In this document: piece after piece, positions 45,801 to 59,957 of the stretch
How positions within the stretch are numbered: the first letter of the stretch is position 1
Layout: each line of letters starts with the position of its first letter
Source: Styela clava
Lineage: Eukaryota
DNA length: 64,000 bases
Assembly (NCBI RefSeq): GCF_964204865.1
Contig: NC_135254.1
Location: forward strand, 10,974,001 to 11,038,000
Reading direction: 5' to 3'
Translations under genes and position numbers: made by a program
Notes under the pieces: generated by a model
The model's input: the letters and a program-made list of their open reading frames with translations, nothing else
Database searches by the model: none
What the model was told of the DNA's origin: nothing

Positions 45801-48800
45801 TGTTTTATTGTGCCGGATATTTCATAAAATGAAGGTGGAGCACTTGATGTTTTTGGGATCGTGTGACAAACTGCTTATCTATTATCACATGTGTTTTCAA
45901 ACTATGCCATCGAGCGGTTTCCTAGGGGCAACGAGCAAACCTTCACATGGTACGATTCATGATGATTACAAATAGTTGAAACAAATTGACTATGATTAGT
46001 ATAATTCTTTAATCTTAATGTGCTGATTCTTTTTCTTTTGTTTGTTAAATATTTTATTGTTAATGAGCCCTTCACATGAAATAACCCGATTGAAACTCAT
46101 TAAAATCAAAATTAAATATCAGGGGGCTCATTGGCCATGGATGATGAAAATTTAAAGATTGCTCTTTAAAGCAGCAAAAAAGCAGAATTTTACCCACTTA
46201 ATACAAGTTTAATTAACCAAGGTTTTATTAAAGCATAAAATAAAATGATATTATGATAACTCGCATTGATTATTTCTACTTTCTTATCAGGTGGAAAACT
46301 AGAGGGTAATGCAGCACAAGAGAATGGTATGGCTGATGATGATGATAGCGGAGCTCCTTGGAATATTCTTGTATCCTTCACTGGTAATTTCTGTTGTTGT
46401 TTTTCTTATTCAATGCAGTGATTGAATGTCTGAAGTTCTCTGAACAGTAGATTGTATTTGATTTTGTTGAATTATTCAATTCTATTCTAATCCAGTTCAT
46501 TTTGCAGATGATATTAAACTCGGTGATGATTTTTAATAATGTAGTAGTGTAAACCTGGTGTGTCGTGGGTAAAGCCTTAGACTTAAAAAAATCTCAGGTT
46601 TGAATTTAATGAATGCATACCACTTCACTCTGGGTATACTTAATTGGCAATGTCGAACCGTAAAGATTCCAGGCCCTCCGAAGTAAAGCCACTGTGCGGA
46701 GCCTGGTATATAAATATGTCATATAATAAAAATAAACAGTCATACATTTCAAAATTTTCTTTGATAATCGCTGTCCAATGGTTGAATCTGTAAAGGACAA
46801 TCCTTTATCAAATTCATTATTCTTTCAGTTCTAGAGTCAATGCAGTACAAAGTAATCAATTATTTTAATATAATTTTTTATAATGCATATCAGTGCCTGA
46901 TATTTCATCATGTTGAACAATCACATTATGAATCATCTTTACGTTTTAAAACGACATTTTATGACTAAAGCACAATTTGTAACGGTGTAGTGATATGTGG
47001 GTCTGAATTGCATGATCGTCAATGTTGATCGAAATTTTTCATTTTGTAAACTCAATGTTCTTATAATGGCCATAGATAATTGGCTATTTCATTTTTGTCA
47101 AATAATGATATTATACAAAAACAACCCAAATTTACTGTTACGAATACATTACAAAATAATTTACTTACCTTGAATATTGAATATATTCTAAATTTGTGTC
47201 AAATTTTCAACAAAGAAATGTGCATAAGTTATCACAAATTGATAGAGATTTGATTCGGTAATGCAGAACAGTTGAAATAAACATCACCTAATTGACTTTT
47301 TATTTTAACAGTATAAGAAGGGAAATGAAGTCTATTTTGTGTATAACCATTATATGTAAGACCGTTAAAAAGACAATTTATGAATATTTTTTATATTTCC
47401 ATAAACCTCGTACCTTTACTATATCATGTATAACAAATTTCGAGAGTGTTTGAATATTCGATCTGTTTTGGACTCATAGTTTGCTCAAACTGTCAAATAT
47501 TTTCACAAAATAATCATAATTTCAAAGTAAATTTTGCTTGATGAATAACCAATTTTTTTATTCTAGTGCGAATGCTTGGTGCTCTACTGTCTTGTGTTCC
47601 TGCTTATAGTGATGACAGTGAAGATTTGGAACATCCTGCATTACCAGCTACTAAACTTGTTCTTGACTGGTTGTGTGATAATATATCAGTGTTACAAAAT
47701 ACAGAAGCAACTCTGTATGGAAGGTACGACGACTTCTTAGTAACATGAATTATTTTAGTACTGTATTTAGGTTTATTTATTCATGATATTTGTTGTGAAC
47801 TGTTGAAACAAATGTAACCTTTTCTGAATAACAACTGATAGTTTTTTTCATTTGCTCAAAGCAAGGTTTCTCAACTAAAATGGTATTAAATTCTTTTTAA
47901 TTCAAAAGTCCTGCTGGCTGCTGCACACTAACACAAATTTAATTCTGTACCGCTTTGTCTGACCAATGTCAGACTCCTTTATACAAACGCATCACACGCA
48001 TACAGATCCAGTTGTGTGCTAGGGCATGAAACAAGGAAATGTAGTTAGTCTTATGTAACCCCAGCTAAAAGTTACGATGTGAAAGTTGCGATTTTCTTCC
48101 AAACAGGAACACTTAATGAATTTCATACAGTTTCGGCTTCTTTCTCTAATATTGTCTTTTTATTAAATCAGCCATGTTATTATCATAAACAAACTACCGT
48201 AAATATCTGAACACCTTCACATACTGTAATTATAATTGTATAAAACAATAATTTGCTTTATTATTCTCCACCAGTGTCTGGCAAAGATTTGCGAAAGTAC
48301 TGAATGCACTTGGAAATCAAGATAAAGCCAATAATATGGACAGTGAGTACTTGTACTTTACATGTATACATCATAAGGTCACACATGAGCTGACCATTCA
48401 GACCATTCATTGCTTTGCTAATAACTGTTGAATCGATGCAACGAATATGTTAACAAATCAAACATGAATATAAAAATATAACATAGGCCCTATGTTTTTG
48501 TTATTTACTGACCAGGATTCTATGCCTTTCTAATGTCTTTGGATTGGATTGTTTTGTATTCCAAGTCTATTGTGTTAAACCAAAAAAGGCAATGATCATA
48601 ACAACTGGACTTATTACACGATATTATTGGTTTTGTCACAATTATTTGATAGATCGACCATTACCTGAGGATCTTGAGGTGCGAGGTTTTGTTGGACTCC
48701 GACAATCGCTCTCGAAATTAGATTTTATCGGTGGTTATGAAAGTGTGGTAGCAGAAGAAATACAACATCCTTGTCGCTGTTTCAGGTGAATTTCTTTCTG

Positions 48801-51800
48801 TTAATTCTATTCAATATTTCTGTTTTCAGTTTCACAAAATTTTTTAATCAACCTTTTAGTTGTGTATATAACTAGGCTAATATTAAAAAATTTTTATCTA
48901 AGTTTGAAAATTCAATATTTTTGTTTCAGGTTGTATCAACTTGGTTTGACAATATCTAGATCTTCAGAGTCATTGCTTGAAACATCAGAAGAAAGTGATG
49001 GAACTGTTTTTTCATGTTCGTTATCAGATGATAATCCTTCAGAAACGGAAGATGAAGAATTATTAGCGGCTCTTGAAAAATCTGTACGTAGTTGTTTTCG
49101 AACAATAGATGTGTCAAGAAAATAGAATAGGATTCTTTATCCAATTCAAGTATTCTAAAAATAATACTGATATGGAATTGGCCAATCATTTTCTTCCGAT
49201 TTAAGACAAGTTATATTGTCACTATCAGTTGGGGTTACTTGAGAGTTGAGACTAACTACCTTTTTTCTCTCTATACCTTTGCGCAAGCGGATCCTCATGC
49301 GTATAATGTGAGGAAGCTGTAGCAAAAACAATGATGCCCATTCCGTTACATTCGAGAGTCTTGCTAAACTCTAACACAAAGTATTTTTGTATCGTTTCAT
49401 CTGACCGAGGTCAAACCTCTTCAGACAAACGTATTTATTCCACCTATAAACGATCGTGGATGTTAGCAATGCAGCGAGACTCTTGAATCATTGAAAAGTA
49501 TAAAGAATAAGTACATATTAAATTCTTGTCAAATAGGTCTCAGCAAAAATGCTGTATAATTCTCTGAACAGACTACCTTCAATACTTTGCGATACAAATC
49601 AAAAGCCTATAAAAAGTTATCATAAGCAAATTTTGATTTCCTAAACACAGGAAAGTATTCAGCCAACCAAGATGTCAGACTCAAACAAACCACCCAGATT
49701 ACAAAAAGATAACGATTCTGGCACAACATCGATACTTAGTTCTGGTGATCGGTCATCTGGCAACAAGAAACTGAATGGTGAAGGAAAGAAAGACAGACCA
49801 AGATCAGTTATTAAAGTCGCTGCTGATAATACAGTGGACTCAAAATTAAAGGTAAATTTAGATTACAAAGCTGTCAAGGCATTGCCATAGTCATCTAGAA
49901 GTGGAAAGAATGGCACAGATAGAAGTGTTCTAAGTTACCACTGGCACTCCTAACGCTACATTTATGTTTACCATTTTATCAGAGATGTCATCAGTTAGCA
50001 GTTGACGCCTGACTTGACAATGTTATAACTTAATATCATTTCATAGTTAACACTTGACAATGATCTGTAGAATTGGATTTCTGAATTTCAAAAAGCCTAT
50101 TCAACTCTCATGAACTCTTATTTAATTTTTAATTTCAAAAATTTTCAGTCTATACAAGAAGAGGATTCATACCATCATGATGACAATGCAAGAAGTAGCA
50201 CAGCATCATCAGTAGATAGTACATGCTCATCACCTGGAAATCATGATCCTCCAACCCATCACCAGAAATCGACGCACCATGTGACCTTTGCTCCCATGCC
50301 GACTCGTCATTCCGCATCGCCGGATCATGTTAGTAGCTACAAGCGTCGTTCACCAAGCCCTGATTTATCTTCTCAAAGGAACATGCCGTCCCCGGATAGT
50401 GAATATGGGCCCGTCGCTGTACAGTACTCTACAGATCCACGTGCCCACCATCAAGTCCAAAGTGTGGTTTCACATGGTCCCATTCACCCACTCCAGGCAG
50501 GACCAGTCCCCATTGGAGTATATCAGCATAATTACCCCTATCCCGGTCGAGTCGTACAAGCCCCACCTCATGTTCAATACCCCGTTCATGGCATAACTCA
50601 ACACATCCCCGCACCAGGTGTCGCTGTCAGAACTGCACAGCTACACAGTGGACCCAACCCCCCACCGAACCCAGCTGAGTTACCGAAACCCCTTTTCCCT
50701 CCTCAAAGAATGTCATTCCCGCCGGAGTCTGCTTTTGCTCCTCACTCAATTTCTGACGCACAGTCCCCAAACCTCATGTCTGGTAATGTTGAAGATCCAA
50801 TGAGCATGTATCAGTCTCGTACTAATGAAGGTAGTTCATCCAGCTTGGCACGTTTAGCCCAATTACAACAACAACAAATGGCACATTTGGCAAATCCAGC
50901 TACAGTATTGAGAATGCAACAGTCAAGACCAACGAATCTCGGACTTGCAGCGAGGTTTCAAAACCAGCCGGGAATACGTTTTCCACCCAATGTACAGCAG
51001 ATGAAAGCCAATCAGCAGGTTGGTTTAGCAAATTTCTGTTCTCATCAATATCTGGATGAAAATTCGTTAATATTAATCAAATTCTTTAATAAGCTCTTTT
51101 TGTATGAAACCTCTCTGCTTAGAATAATAAAAGTCTATTCAACAGTAAAAGGAAAATATTTTTCTTGCATATGAGCAGGCTGATTGTCAAATGACAGTTT
51201 GACTGACTCTTTGATACACGATAATATCTGTTATCTGATTTTTTATTCTGCTTTCACGTTTTTAATTGGCCATCCGAACCCCAATCTGCCTAGTATCTAG
51301 GAATTGTCCTTACTTTTCAATCTTGCGTTACTACTGGAATTAAAATTTTCAGATCGATGCAGGAAGAGTAAAAGATTCTAATCTTGAAGCTTTTTTGAAC
51401 CATCAGAGAAAAGCCGCATTACAACAACAACAGCAAAAAGCAGCTGCAATGAATCAATATGGATTTCCTGATGCTGCTCAGACAACAGCAGAAGCTAACT
51501 TTGCAGCTATGGTTCAACAACAAGGCATGAATCTCAACCGAAACCAATATTCTGGTCAGGATTTATCGATGGCGTACCAATACGGTCAAGCACCACGAAA
51601 TATTTTTGCTCTGAATATGGTTGGCCAGCCGCGAGGATCTTCGCCTGTGGGAAGTAACAATACGTCTTGCACTTCGTCACCCACCCCTGGTGTGATTACA
51701 TCCAACACATCTCCGCAGGCAGGGAGTTTACCAACTCAGCGAGCTCCCACTGTTACTAGATTTCAGAATCAAGCTGATGCCTACGAGGCGCGGGCTGGTA

Positions 51801-54800
51801 CTGGAGCGAGTGTACTGTTGTCACAAATGATGGCACAAAAGCAGGGACAGCAGCCATACATGAAATCACCAACACAGCCGGTACGTTCGGATTTTCTTTG
51901 TAACTCTAACAATTCAAAAATCCTGCATGAAGTTTGTTTTTGTGAAGTCTTTATTGGTACTGGATTTGGCGGAGTTATACTTTCAAACTGTATGCGGCGT
52001 CCAGAGTCGAAAATTTTTTTTCAACTTTGTTTACGGAGTTGCTCAGACTTTAGTGTAAGAGTCATTCGCAACCTTTACTCAACTGCACGGCGGTGCATCC
52101 AATAATTGTTGTTTATGCAAGTAAAAACCAATGTTCCGTAATTGTTTAAAATAAAATAATGGGATAACAATGATAATTGTTTAAGATTCAAAATCTCTGC
52201 CTTGCGAAAAAAAAATATAAAATGTGATTATTCCATTATTTTCTTTCCGAACATTCATCCTAGTTTTTTATTCAGCATAATCATTTTGTTTTAATAATTT
52301 TCAGAAACCATCTACTTTGTTTGCTAAAGAAAGAGATTCTGATATAGGCCTATTTCATACAACATCTGATCCTGCCTCTGTTCCACCAGGCAGGACTGGT
52401 CCTATCTTACCTTCTGATATTTTTGGAATTTCTCCAAGCACAGGAGGCATGGTGAGAGAGCTTCTCCTATACTTTGGATTGTTGCCTAAATTTGTATTTT
52501 TTTTTTGTTGGTGATGATAATTTGTGACAAAAGAGGATTTATTATTCAAAGTTTCAATCAAATTCTATATCAAGATTTTTTACTTCGGATCATTTTAGGG
52601 AATATTGGGCACTTTCGTATTACCGCTTCCACCCTGTACCTTACTCCATTATCAGAGTTTTGCATTAGTTCATGTACAACATTCTAGGTTACTATGGCAG
52701 GGAATAACTCAATGATTGTTTTTGTTTATTATCATATTTAATTTCAGTCTGGATTTTCTGTTGGATCAATTGGTCAATCTCCTGCAAATTCATCACCTAG
52801 TGATTCGTTCCCACCTTATCCTTTGTCTCAAGAAAGACAACAGGTTGGTTTTTATTACTCAGTCAGCATATTGTTCACCAGTTGCCACCATATTCTCATT
52901 GTAAATTGTTATTGAGGAAATGGATATAACTTTTAAGTCTCATTCAAATTTGAATCTGGATATTTTACTCAAAATTTTACTATCATTCATGTGAAAACTT
53001 TTTGTCATGTTTAAATAATTATTACTTCATTAAAATGAAATAGGTCTTTGTAATGTCATATAGTAGTATATATTTGTCATTAAATTCATATAGATCTTTG
53101 ATGAAAGTCTTGATATGTTGGAAGGAAGACCATCAACAAGCGTAGGTCACAGTACATCAATATCTCATCAGCGGCCCAACGATAATCTGTCCAAAGCAAC
53201 AACAGGTGGTCAGTCTGAACGAAGAAGACAGGTAACTGTTTATAGCACTGATTCTCAAACTAACATGACCCATAATGGGTCCATCAGTTTTTTTATGCCC
53301 CATTTTTAATAATAAATAAGCTAACAAATGAACGCAGAAGAGTAAATATATTAAATCTAAAGATCTGTAACAAACAACAGTCGACTAACTTCAAATTAAT
53401 ATAGTTATCGCAAAAGACATCTGGTGAAAGACCTTGCTCATGGCTTACAGAAAAACGCTTTTTTGGCCCCCCCCGTGGAAACAGATGAACTGATGGATAC
53501 TATAGTTCAGTATGGCTGATATTTTTGAAACATTTAAGGTGGAATTGGGTTTCAGGGATGTCCATGCTTGAAATGTTCCGAATTTTTTTCATTCTGTATA
53601 TTATAAAATGGAATATTTGATATCATGAAATATTTTAGGAAAGCAATTTGGCTTTGTATTTGCTGTAGTATTACTGGTAGTGTTAATCCATTATTATCAT
53701 AATAGTTCCTATTCACAAAAACATAATGAACTACATGATGAACAAGAACGTAGTGTGACATTAGTTATTAAGGATCCAATAATTAATTAAAAAAAAAATA
53801 ATGTAGTTTTATGCAAAGGGAGGAAGGAATGAAGAGTTCTGAAATAAGCAAACGGAGAAAATAAATTAAAAAGGCTGGGGACCATTGGGAATAATTTAGA
53901 ATATTGCAGTTCTATTAAGTGGGTCATGTCCACTACACAGACCTGGATAAAGTGGAGATACATTGTTTGAATTGTTTTCTACAGTTTACAAAAGTTGACC
54001 AAAATGGTCAGAGTGTCGAATTATGCAGAGTCTTATTTATTTTGAATTATCTAACAAACCTAATGAAATAATCTATTCCTGGCCATCCTCGGTCATGATC
54101 ATCACACAGGTCATTGTTATTCTGAGCAAGAGATTTTTCAATAATTCCATTATTTATCACTCTTTCTGATTGTTTATTTGTTTCTATTCATTACTCCAGT
54201 TTCCCGGACTTTTTTCTAAAGAGGACGATGAACCTTACAAGCTCTTTCCTGATACTGATTCGTCATGGAGTTTAGGAAGAGACAATAGAAATGGTAAATG
54301 GGTAGTCTGTTACTATAATTCTCAGTTAAAATATTTATGAATTTTATACAAATCTCTTTAGCATCCAGGCTTTACGATTGCTTTTGAGAACCACTGATGT
54401 AGATTTTCATGTCATGTGGAAGTACAGAAATTACCCTAAATTCAAATGTATGAGGAGGCAAGAGTAAAATAAATATAATGAAAGTTCTGCCCAAGTTCTG
54501 TAACTTAACGACATTTTTTTTCAAGTTTCTATTGATCATAGAAATATTTTTATTTGAAATTTCTAGTTTTTAATTAGTGTTTGTTTTGAGGTTTGTTCTT
54601 CATCCATATTTATCAATATTTTATTGCAGATAACAGTTTGGGGTTATCAAATCTTGGGAGCATTGGAAGCGAGCGAGCAATGGCACAACAAAGTCATTTA
54701 CCCGCTCCGATGGGTCGTCTGTTATGGGGTGAAAATCTAACCCCATCGCAAGGTGTTGGGCAACAACAGCCCCAGAGAATGCAACAACCCGGTATCCGAG

Positions 54801-55520
54801 GAGATAGCAGGTTTGGATCAAGAGATTATCCGGTGAGTTGAAATTGTTGAGAATTACAGTGGATCTTTTTGATTCAATATGTTATTCTGTTTTTATTTTG
54901 AAAATTGCACCTAAAACTTCCCTCAAGAAAGGATTTGTTTAATTATCCCCGGGTAGAGGAATGTCGATAAAATGGCTCAAATTGCATGATGAACCACAGC
55001 TTTTCATACCAATACATTTACCAGTATCTGTTAACAAGCACCATGTTACCAGTACATTTTGGTGTGGAAGAAGTTAATCACTCATTTCAGTATTTATGGT
55101 GGAGGAAGTCGGTGGTTTATCCCACAGTAGAGGGAATTTGATAAGATAGCCTAAATATATGGTGAGCCTTGGCCTCTTGTTTGATAAACTTTCAATTTTT
55201 GTATGAGAATAGTGGACCACTTGCAGTATTTGTGATCCTGGACTCGTGATGGAGGAAGCCAGGATTTTATTTTGGGGTTGAGAAAAGCGGATAAGAAGGA
55301 TTAATCATTTCATTCAAGTATATAACCGCGTATTTCAGTATTTTATGGACGTTGTATTTTCATCGGGAAGCCTATTTGATATTTTTCTTGGTTTATTCAC
55401 AAATTCAATGTATTTCAGCCTTTCTGGTCCGGCCCTATGATGCCTTCAGGACCATCAGCCTTGGAGCAATTGATCCGGCAACAGCAACAACATGCCGGAC
55501 ATGACAAGACCCCGCCTTGA
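39834..55520 (+). CDS. SMG7: Nonsense-mediated mRNA decay factor SMG7 (EST1/14-3-3-like domain and long low-complexity C-terminus); 22 coding exons, 1316 aa
   Basis: Exons: 39834-39862, 40648-40809, 41799-41859, 42002-42152, 42468-42589, 43432-43628, 44318-44403, 45511-45669, 46291-46383, 47567-47723, 48275-48342, 48653-48785, 48930-49083, 49651-49851, 50149-51018, 51353-51880, 52305-52451, 52748-52843, 53094-53231, 54200-54293, 54630-54832, 55419-55520 (3951 nt, all GT-AG, in frame). Motifs: ALQDLYRQLLITNLEYALDKKIEQELWN; FLDASSGFY; CQHCLVHLGDIARYR; AAQLVPSNGQPYNQLAIL; PLPEDLE; SMG7-type C-terminus FWSGPMMPSGPSALEQLIRQQ. No PIN domain, which argues against SMG5 or SMG6. Confidence 0.95.
40160..40549. 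mobile_element. MITE with ~90-bp TIRs and 8-bp TSD (Merlin- or MULE-like)
   Basis: Perfect terminal 27 bp gggtctggtatagtttagtaccacatg / catgtggtactaaactataccagaccc; flanks ctatgctt / ttatgctt. Confidence 0.85.
43117..43315. mobile_element. MITE family A, copy 3
   Basis: Full-length match to 199-403; ends gtacacatacttcgggagtacc. Confidence 0.8.
47900..48025 (-). mobile_element. Family B element, degenerate copy
   Basis: Contains attcaaaagtcctgc..gctgcacactaacacaaat and hairpin gtctgac-caat-gtcagac; the core is eroded. Confidence 0.5.
49350..49488 (-). mobile_element. Family B element with hammerhead-like core, copy 2
   Basis: Termini attcgagagtcttgc / gcgagactcttgaat. The minus strand reads gtttgt-CTGAAGA-ggtttgacctcggtcagat-GAAAC-gat-acaaa. 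Confidence 0.7.
54943..55310. repeat. Two to three degenerate ~150-175-bp tandem units in the last SMG7 intron
   Basis: The motif ggaggaag.c...ttat....gtagagg....gataag recurs near 54943, 55100-55145 and 55250-55300. Confidence 0.45.
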
Positions 55521-56044
55521 AGAGACAGAGTGGTCTACCTTCCCTTGCACTCTTTTTGAGAGTGAAGTTGCTGGGAAGGTTTGAAAAATCAAATCAATAT
55601 GTAATCTTCTGCTTGCAAAGTGTGAAAATCTCTCTCAATGAAGAGACGTGTGTGTCATCCAACAACAACAATGATATAGTAAACAAATTTGTTGTTTGTT
55701 GCTTGCTTTCTAAAAAAAAAACTAAATCTTTATGTGTGCGGTAGAAAAAATAATATAAAAAAAACAGACAATCTATGAAAAGACCCAAGACAGCGTCAAA
55801 TTCGTAACGGTGAGACGCAGTGTAGGCACTTTGTTCGTTATGCTGGTGTACGGTGTACATTGTATAGTACATAACAAAGCACGCTTGCTCACTCGCCGTT
55901 GTACCAAACGATTGTACTGTATAGTTTATATTACTTTGCTTTTTGCTACCCATAGTATTAAAAATGCATACGACTGATTATTACCATTGCAACATTGAAG
56001 ATTCTGAACATCTTGCTCGAGTTTTTCAACATTTGAACTGTATA

Positions 56045-56050
56045 AATAAA
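56045..56050 (+). other. Probable SMG7 polyadenylation signal
   Basis: AATAAA (aataaataa) about 525 nt after the stop, followed by U-rich sequence. Confidence 0.5.
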
Positions 56051-58405
56051 TAAGTTCAGACTTTCAATTGATTTCTTTGCAGAATTTACTTGTGAATGGT
56101 TGTGGAGTGTACATACTATTGTCTCTAATTTCAATTCAAGAAGCAGTTATGCTCCAAGATAAATTTGCTTTCAAAAGTATGATTCGGTGACTAATTCTCT
56201 CTCTTGGCTTTTATTTCAGATAATTAGGCCTGCTTATTTTCAGTTACTATTTGGCTATAAAATAATTGTTGGTTATGTTTTTTTTTGAGTGTAAACCATA
56301 TCTGTCTTTCCCCGAAATACCCAAAAACTAAGTGAAGAAATATGAGCTTTAGGATTTGTTTGTGAAACATTTTCTCTTACTTTTGTTCAATTGCCACTTG
56401 TAGTTGGTTGATTTGCGTGTATTAGCATTTTATGATTTGAAATTAAAAAATATATACTTCTTGTTTTTGGCTGTTTCCAAAAGTTTTATAAGGTAGTGGA
56501 GTAGTGTTTTCTAAAACTTGCTAGTTTCGGTTGCGTTCTTGTAGCGAATGTTTGTTGATCTCGCATGGGACAAGGGTAAAATGACGCTATTCTTTGTTGT
56601 TTATCCCTGTATCATGCTTGATTAACTTGAGGGGATTCCTTAATTTTTTATCCAATAAACTTGTATTTCAACACTATCGGTACAATTTTTAGTTCGTTAG
56701 AGAAGAAGTAGTATGGCGTCGGTCACACTTTTTCCTATGATATACATGTAAGCTACAGACATTTTACAAAGTACCGTGGTTGATTCATTCTTTCCTTCCA
56801 CAAATTTTAATGTTATTTTCCAAAAGTATGAAATAAAATTCAAACATTGAGTGTTATTGCTTGCTGTTTCAAATTAGGTCTTTTATGCTGGCGTATGTAT
56901 TCAAGCATTCTTCTCCGACGATACAGATTTGTTTGTAATAGTAGGGTTTTAAAATTGATTCTTCTTCCAAATGATGAAGTCAACAAGGCAGGGAGAAAGA
57001 TGATTTGGAAGCGCGCACATCAATCTAATTTTTAATTGAACTTCTTTGCTTTGGCAATCAAAGAAATTCGCCTGAAGAATTACAGGTCCAATTCGTTTAG
57101 GTAACTTTATTTATATTAATTTCTTACTATCTTCTTTTCCTGAATGCTGACTGCGTCCACCTAATTATGTAATGAAATGACGTTATACCTCCTTAAGAAT
57201 TTGTCTCTTATAGAAACCGTCTTGCTGCTTTCGGTACAACGATAATGTTTTGCATCTAGAAAGAATTTTAGGCTATCATCACAGCATTCGTTGCAATGAA
57301 CTTAACGTTATGGTATCTGATGGATTTAATATAGTTCGCTAACCGTTTTATGTTAGTTCGTAAATGAGAGAAGTACCACGATGTCTAAAGGCTGCCTATT
57401 GTTGTCCACTTATAAAATGTATCCCCAGACATGAAAATGAAGAAAAAGTCTTCAATTTCGTTTGCGCTTGAACTTCTGTTTGGGTGTGATACTTCTAGTG
57501 TTGTTTTACCATACCCAGAATTTTCAGTTTTCGAAAATTATACGACATATCTTAGCTGTCGGTTTTGAAATTACAACATATGTAAGGGTAAACAAAAATG
57601 TATTCAAGTTATTACTGAAAAACAAGAGGTTGGCTAAAAATACCACAGTAATTGATATTCAATTAACCTTATACTCACCTGCTGCAACTTATATTTCATA
57701 CAAAATAAATTTATAGCAATAAGCTAGCAAGCAACCCAACTAGCATGCGCTATACAACTCAAAAATCAAGCAGAAATGAAAAAAAGTGGGCACAGACGTA
57801 CTATATTAGGTAAAAATGCAGTCAAATGAATATGGCGTCAATGATCAAATCGGCATAACGATCAAAGTCAGCATTGTTAAGCAAGCGCGCCTGTTCCCCG
57901 ATCTTATGTACCATTTCGAAATCGCTATAATTATTATTTTTTTCACTAGTTTTTATAAATGTGTTTCGAATCGAAAGCCTATAAAAGTAGCCTACAACAG
58001 ACATAGTACATTGTGTGAGATTTGTCTACTCTTTGCGACCCCTGAAGTTACAAAGTTGCTTTAAGAGTTTAGTGAAGTTTTATGACAGGCTGTGTTTCGA
58101 AACGGGTAAACATAAACACAAAGATTTGCCTATGAAATCATGTCTGGTTCGTGTCGTTCGATTTCCTTTACGTTTTCTCCTCAGCCGATTCAGATTGATC
58201 CTTGTGACAAGATCCTTCTGCAGAGGTTATATATGGTTGAACTATTAGATGGTCAAACATGGTTTTTAGAAACTTGCCTGATATTGAGGAATTCTTCCAG
58301 TATTTTGCACCTGTATCGACTTTAAAGTAAGAACATCATATGTCGCGTTGTTATTCTTATAGTGTTTGTCACAGAGTGCGTGCACCACGCACATGATAGC
58401 AAAAA

Positions 58406-58520
58406 ATGATGAAAACAATTTTTACTCGCCATTGCTTTGTTTATAAAACGTTTCTTTGCTCTTACGTTTGCATTGCTTTGCCCGAAACAAGGATCGTACA
58501 AACAGCTGGACATGTCAAAG
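58406..58520 (+). pseudogene. Frameshifted duplicate of lipocalin exon 1
   Basis: Aligns to 59958-60071 (..FALLCPKQGSYKQLDMSK|gtaagt) but is 115 nt from ATG to donor instead of 114. No downstream exons of its own were found. Confidence 0.75.
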
Positions 58521-59957
58521 GTAAGTGATAGAAGATATTGTATTCAAGTCAACGTTTTTGGCGACCTTGTCAAATAATGGGTGCAAACCAATTTCTATAT
58601 CAATTCTTTATAAGTATATATATACCATAAATGACATTCAATCCGGAAGAATAGAAATGCAGATTTATAATTTTTGTAATCTTCTGATAATAACTTCCGA
58701 TAAATAAAAATAACATCGATGTCGACCATGTGATTTAGTACACAAATACCGATATTGGGACGTGCATGGCCGGAACAAACAAACCAAAATCATGAAACAC
58801 ACCTTGCCATTAATAAAACCCACGGCTCCTTGTAAACGTAACTAAAATACAACCGGCTGATATAGACAAATAGTCCATATCAGTGCTCACTACAGCCGAA
58901 GTACATTGAAAGCGATGTCTCGAAAATTTTCATTGAGTCGTGTCTTTCGCGCGTTTGAATAACGAGGTATAATTTTTTTTTAAATTATTTCCCCTAATTT
59001 TTGTGAGAGGTGTCAATTGTGGCTCAAATTTGTGGGAGACATCGGGTTGAGTTTATTTAATTTCGAAAAATACTATGCGGGCCACTCAGAACTCCTCGGC
59101 TGGCCACAAGTGGCCCGCGGGCCAGGGGTTGGGCGACCCTAATCTGAACTATATATATATATATATATTCGGCACATGAAATTAGCTGTTTTGTCAAATT
59201 TTAACTCATGATCAATAATTCAAATAGCTGTAGAATAGTGTTTGTTCAATTTTTTTTTTCAATTTTTCTTATTAAACAAATATATATTTAATTTCTTATC
59301 AGATGTTTACCAGAAAGGTTCTGTCGACTATTATTATTTTTGTTTAAATATGTATCTTTTATTTTCTCTCATTTTTGAAACTGTTATATTTAAAAAAAAT
59401 TGTGTCAGTTAACTTTGTATAGTAATGCCCATTTTATATTTTCTCTGGAATCCGTAATGTGTTATCCAACAAATATTTGTTGTAAACAATTAGGTAACCA
59501 TCTGATTAGCCGTTGATGACTGTTTTCCCTCCTGGCCTAAAATAAGTGTTTTACTATTGTAAAAAATGTATGCTTGTACCAGAGTGTCCTAGTTTGGTAG
59601 AAATTTTATTTGAGGGTTGGTCGACCTTGTAGTCTTCACCGCTTTCGTTTATATTATCTATTTATTGTTAATCCTTTTTCACTGCCATGTGTAGTTTGAT
59701 GATATATTCGGAAATAAATCATTAGCTCTTTTTCTCTCCATCAAATTGGCTCATATTTCACAAAGAAGCTTCATCGAGTGACAGCTCGTGTTTCAAATAT
59801 GACAAACATAAACAAAAAATACTACTTACTGTTATGGGTTGAATGAGTTTCATAGTGCCTATCAAGCCTATTGGTTCAAAAGTATCAACGCCATATGTCA
59901 CACCATCAGTCTCTTAGTGTTTGTCGCAGGGTACGCTACGTACGTGGAAGCAAAGAA

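Noticed and set aside
50110-52105. The 354-aa and 236-aa ORFs as standalone genes, and the overlapping alternate-frame ORFs
   Set aside because: They are SMG7 exons 15 and 16 with intron read-through. The overlapping ORFs are expected by-products of the higher GC content.
56840-57460. Possible minus-strand pseudogene
   Set aside because: Stops occurred in the frames examined and no motif was recognised.
59040-59142. hAT MITE right end (ggcccgcgggccaggggttgggcgacccta); similar single ends near 16400, 26365 and 62133
   Set aside because: Partner termini and TSDs could not be located, so boundaries are unsupported.
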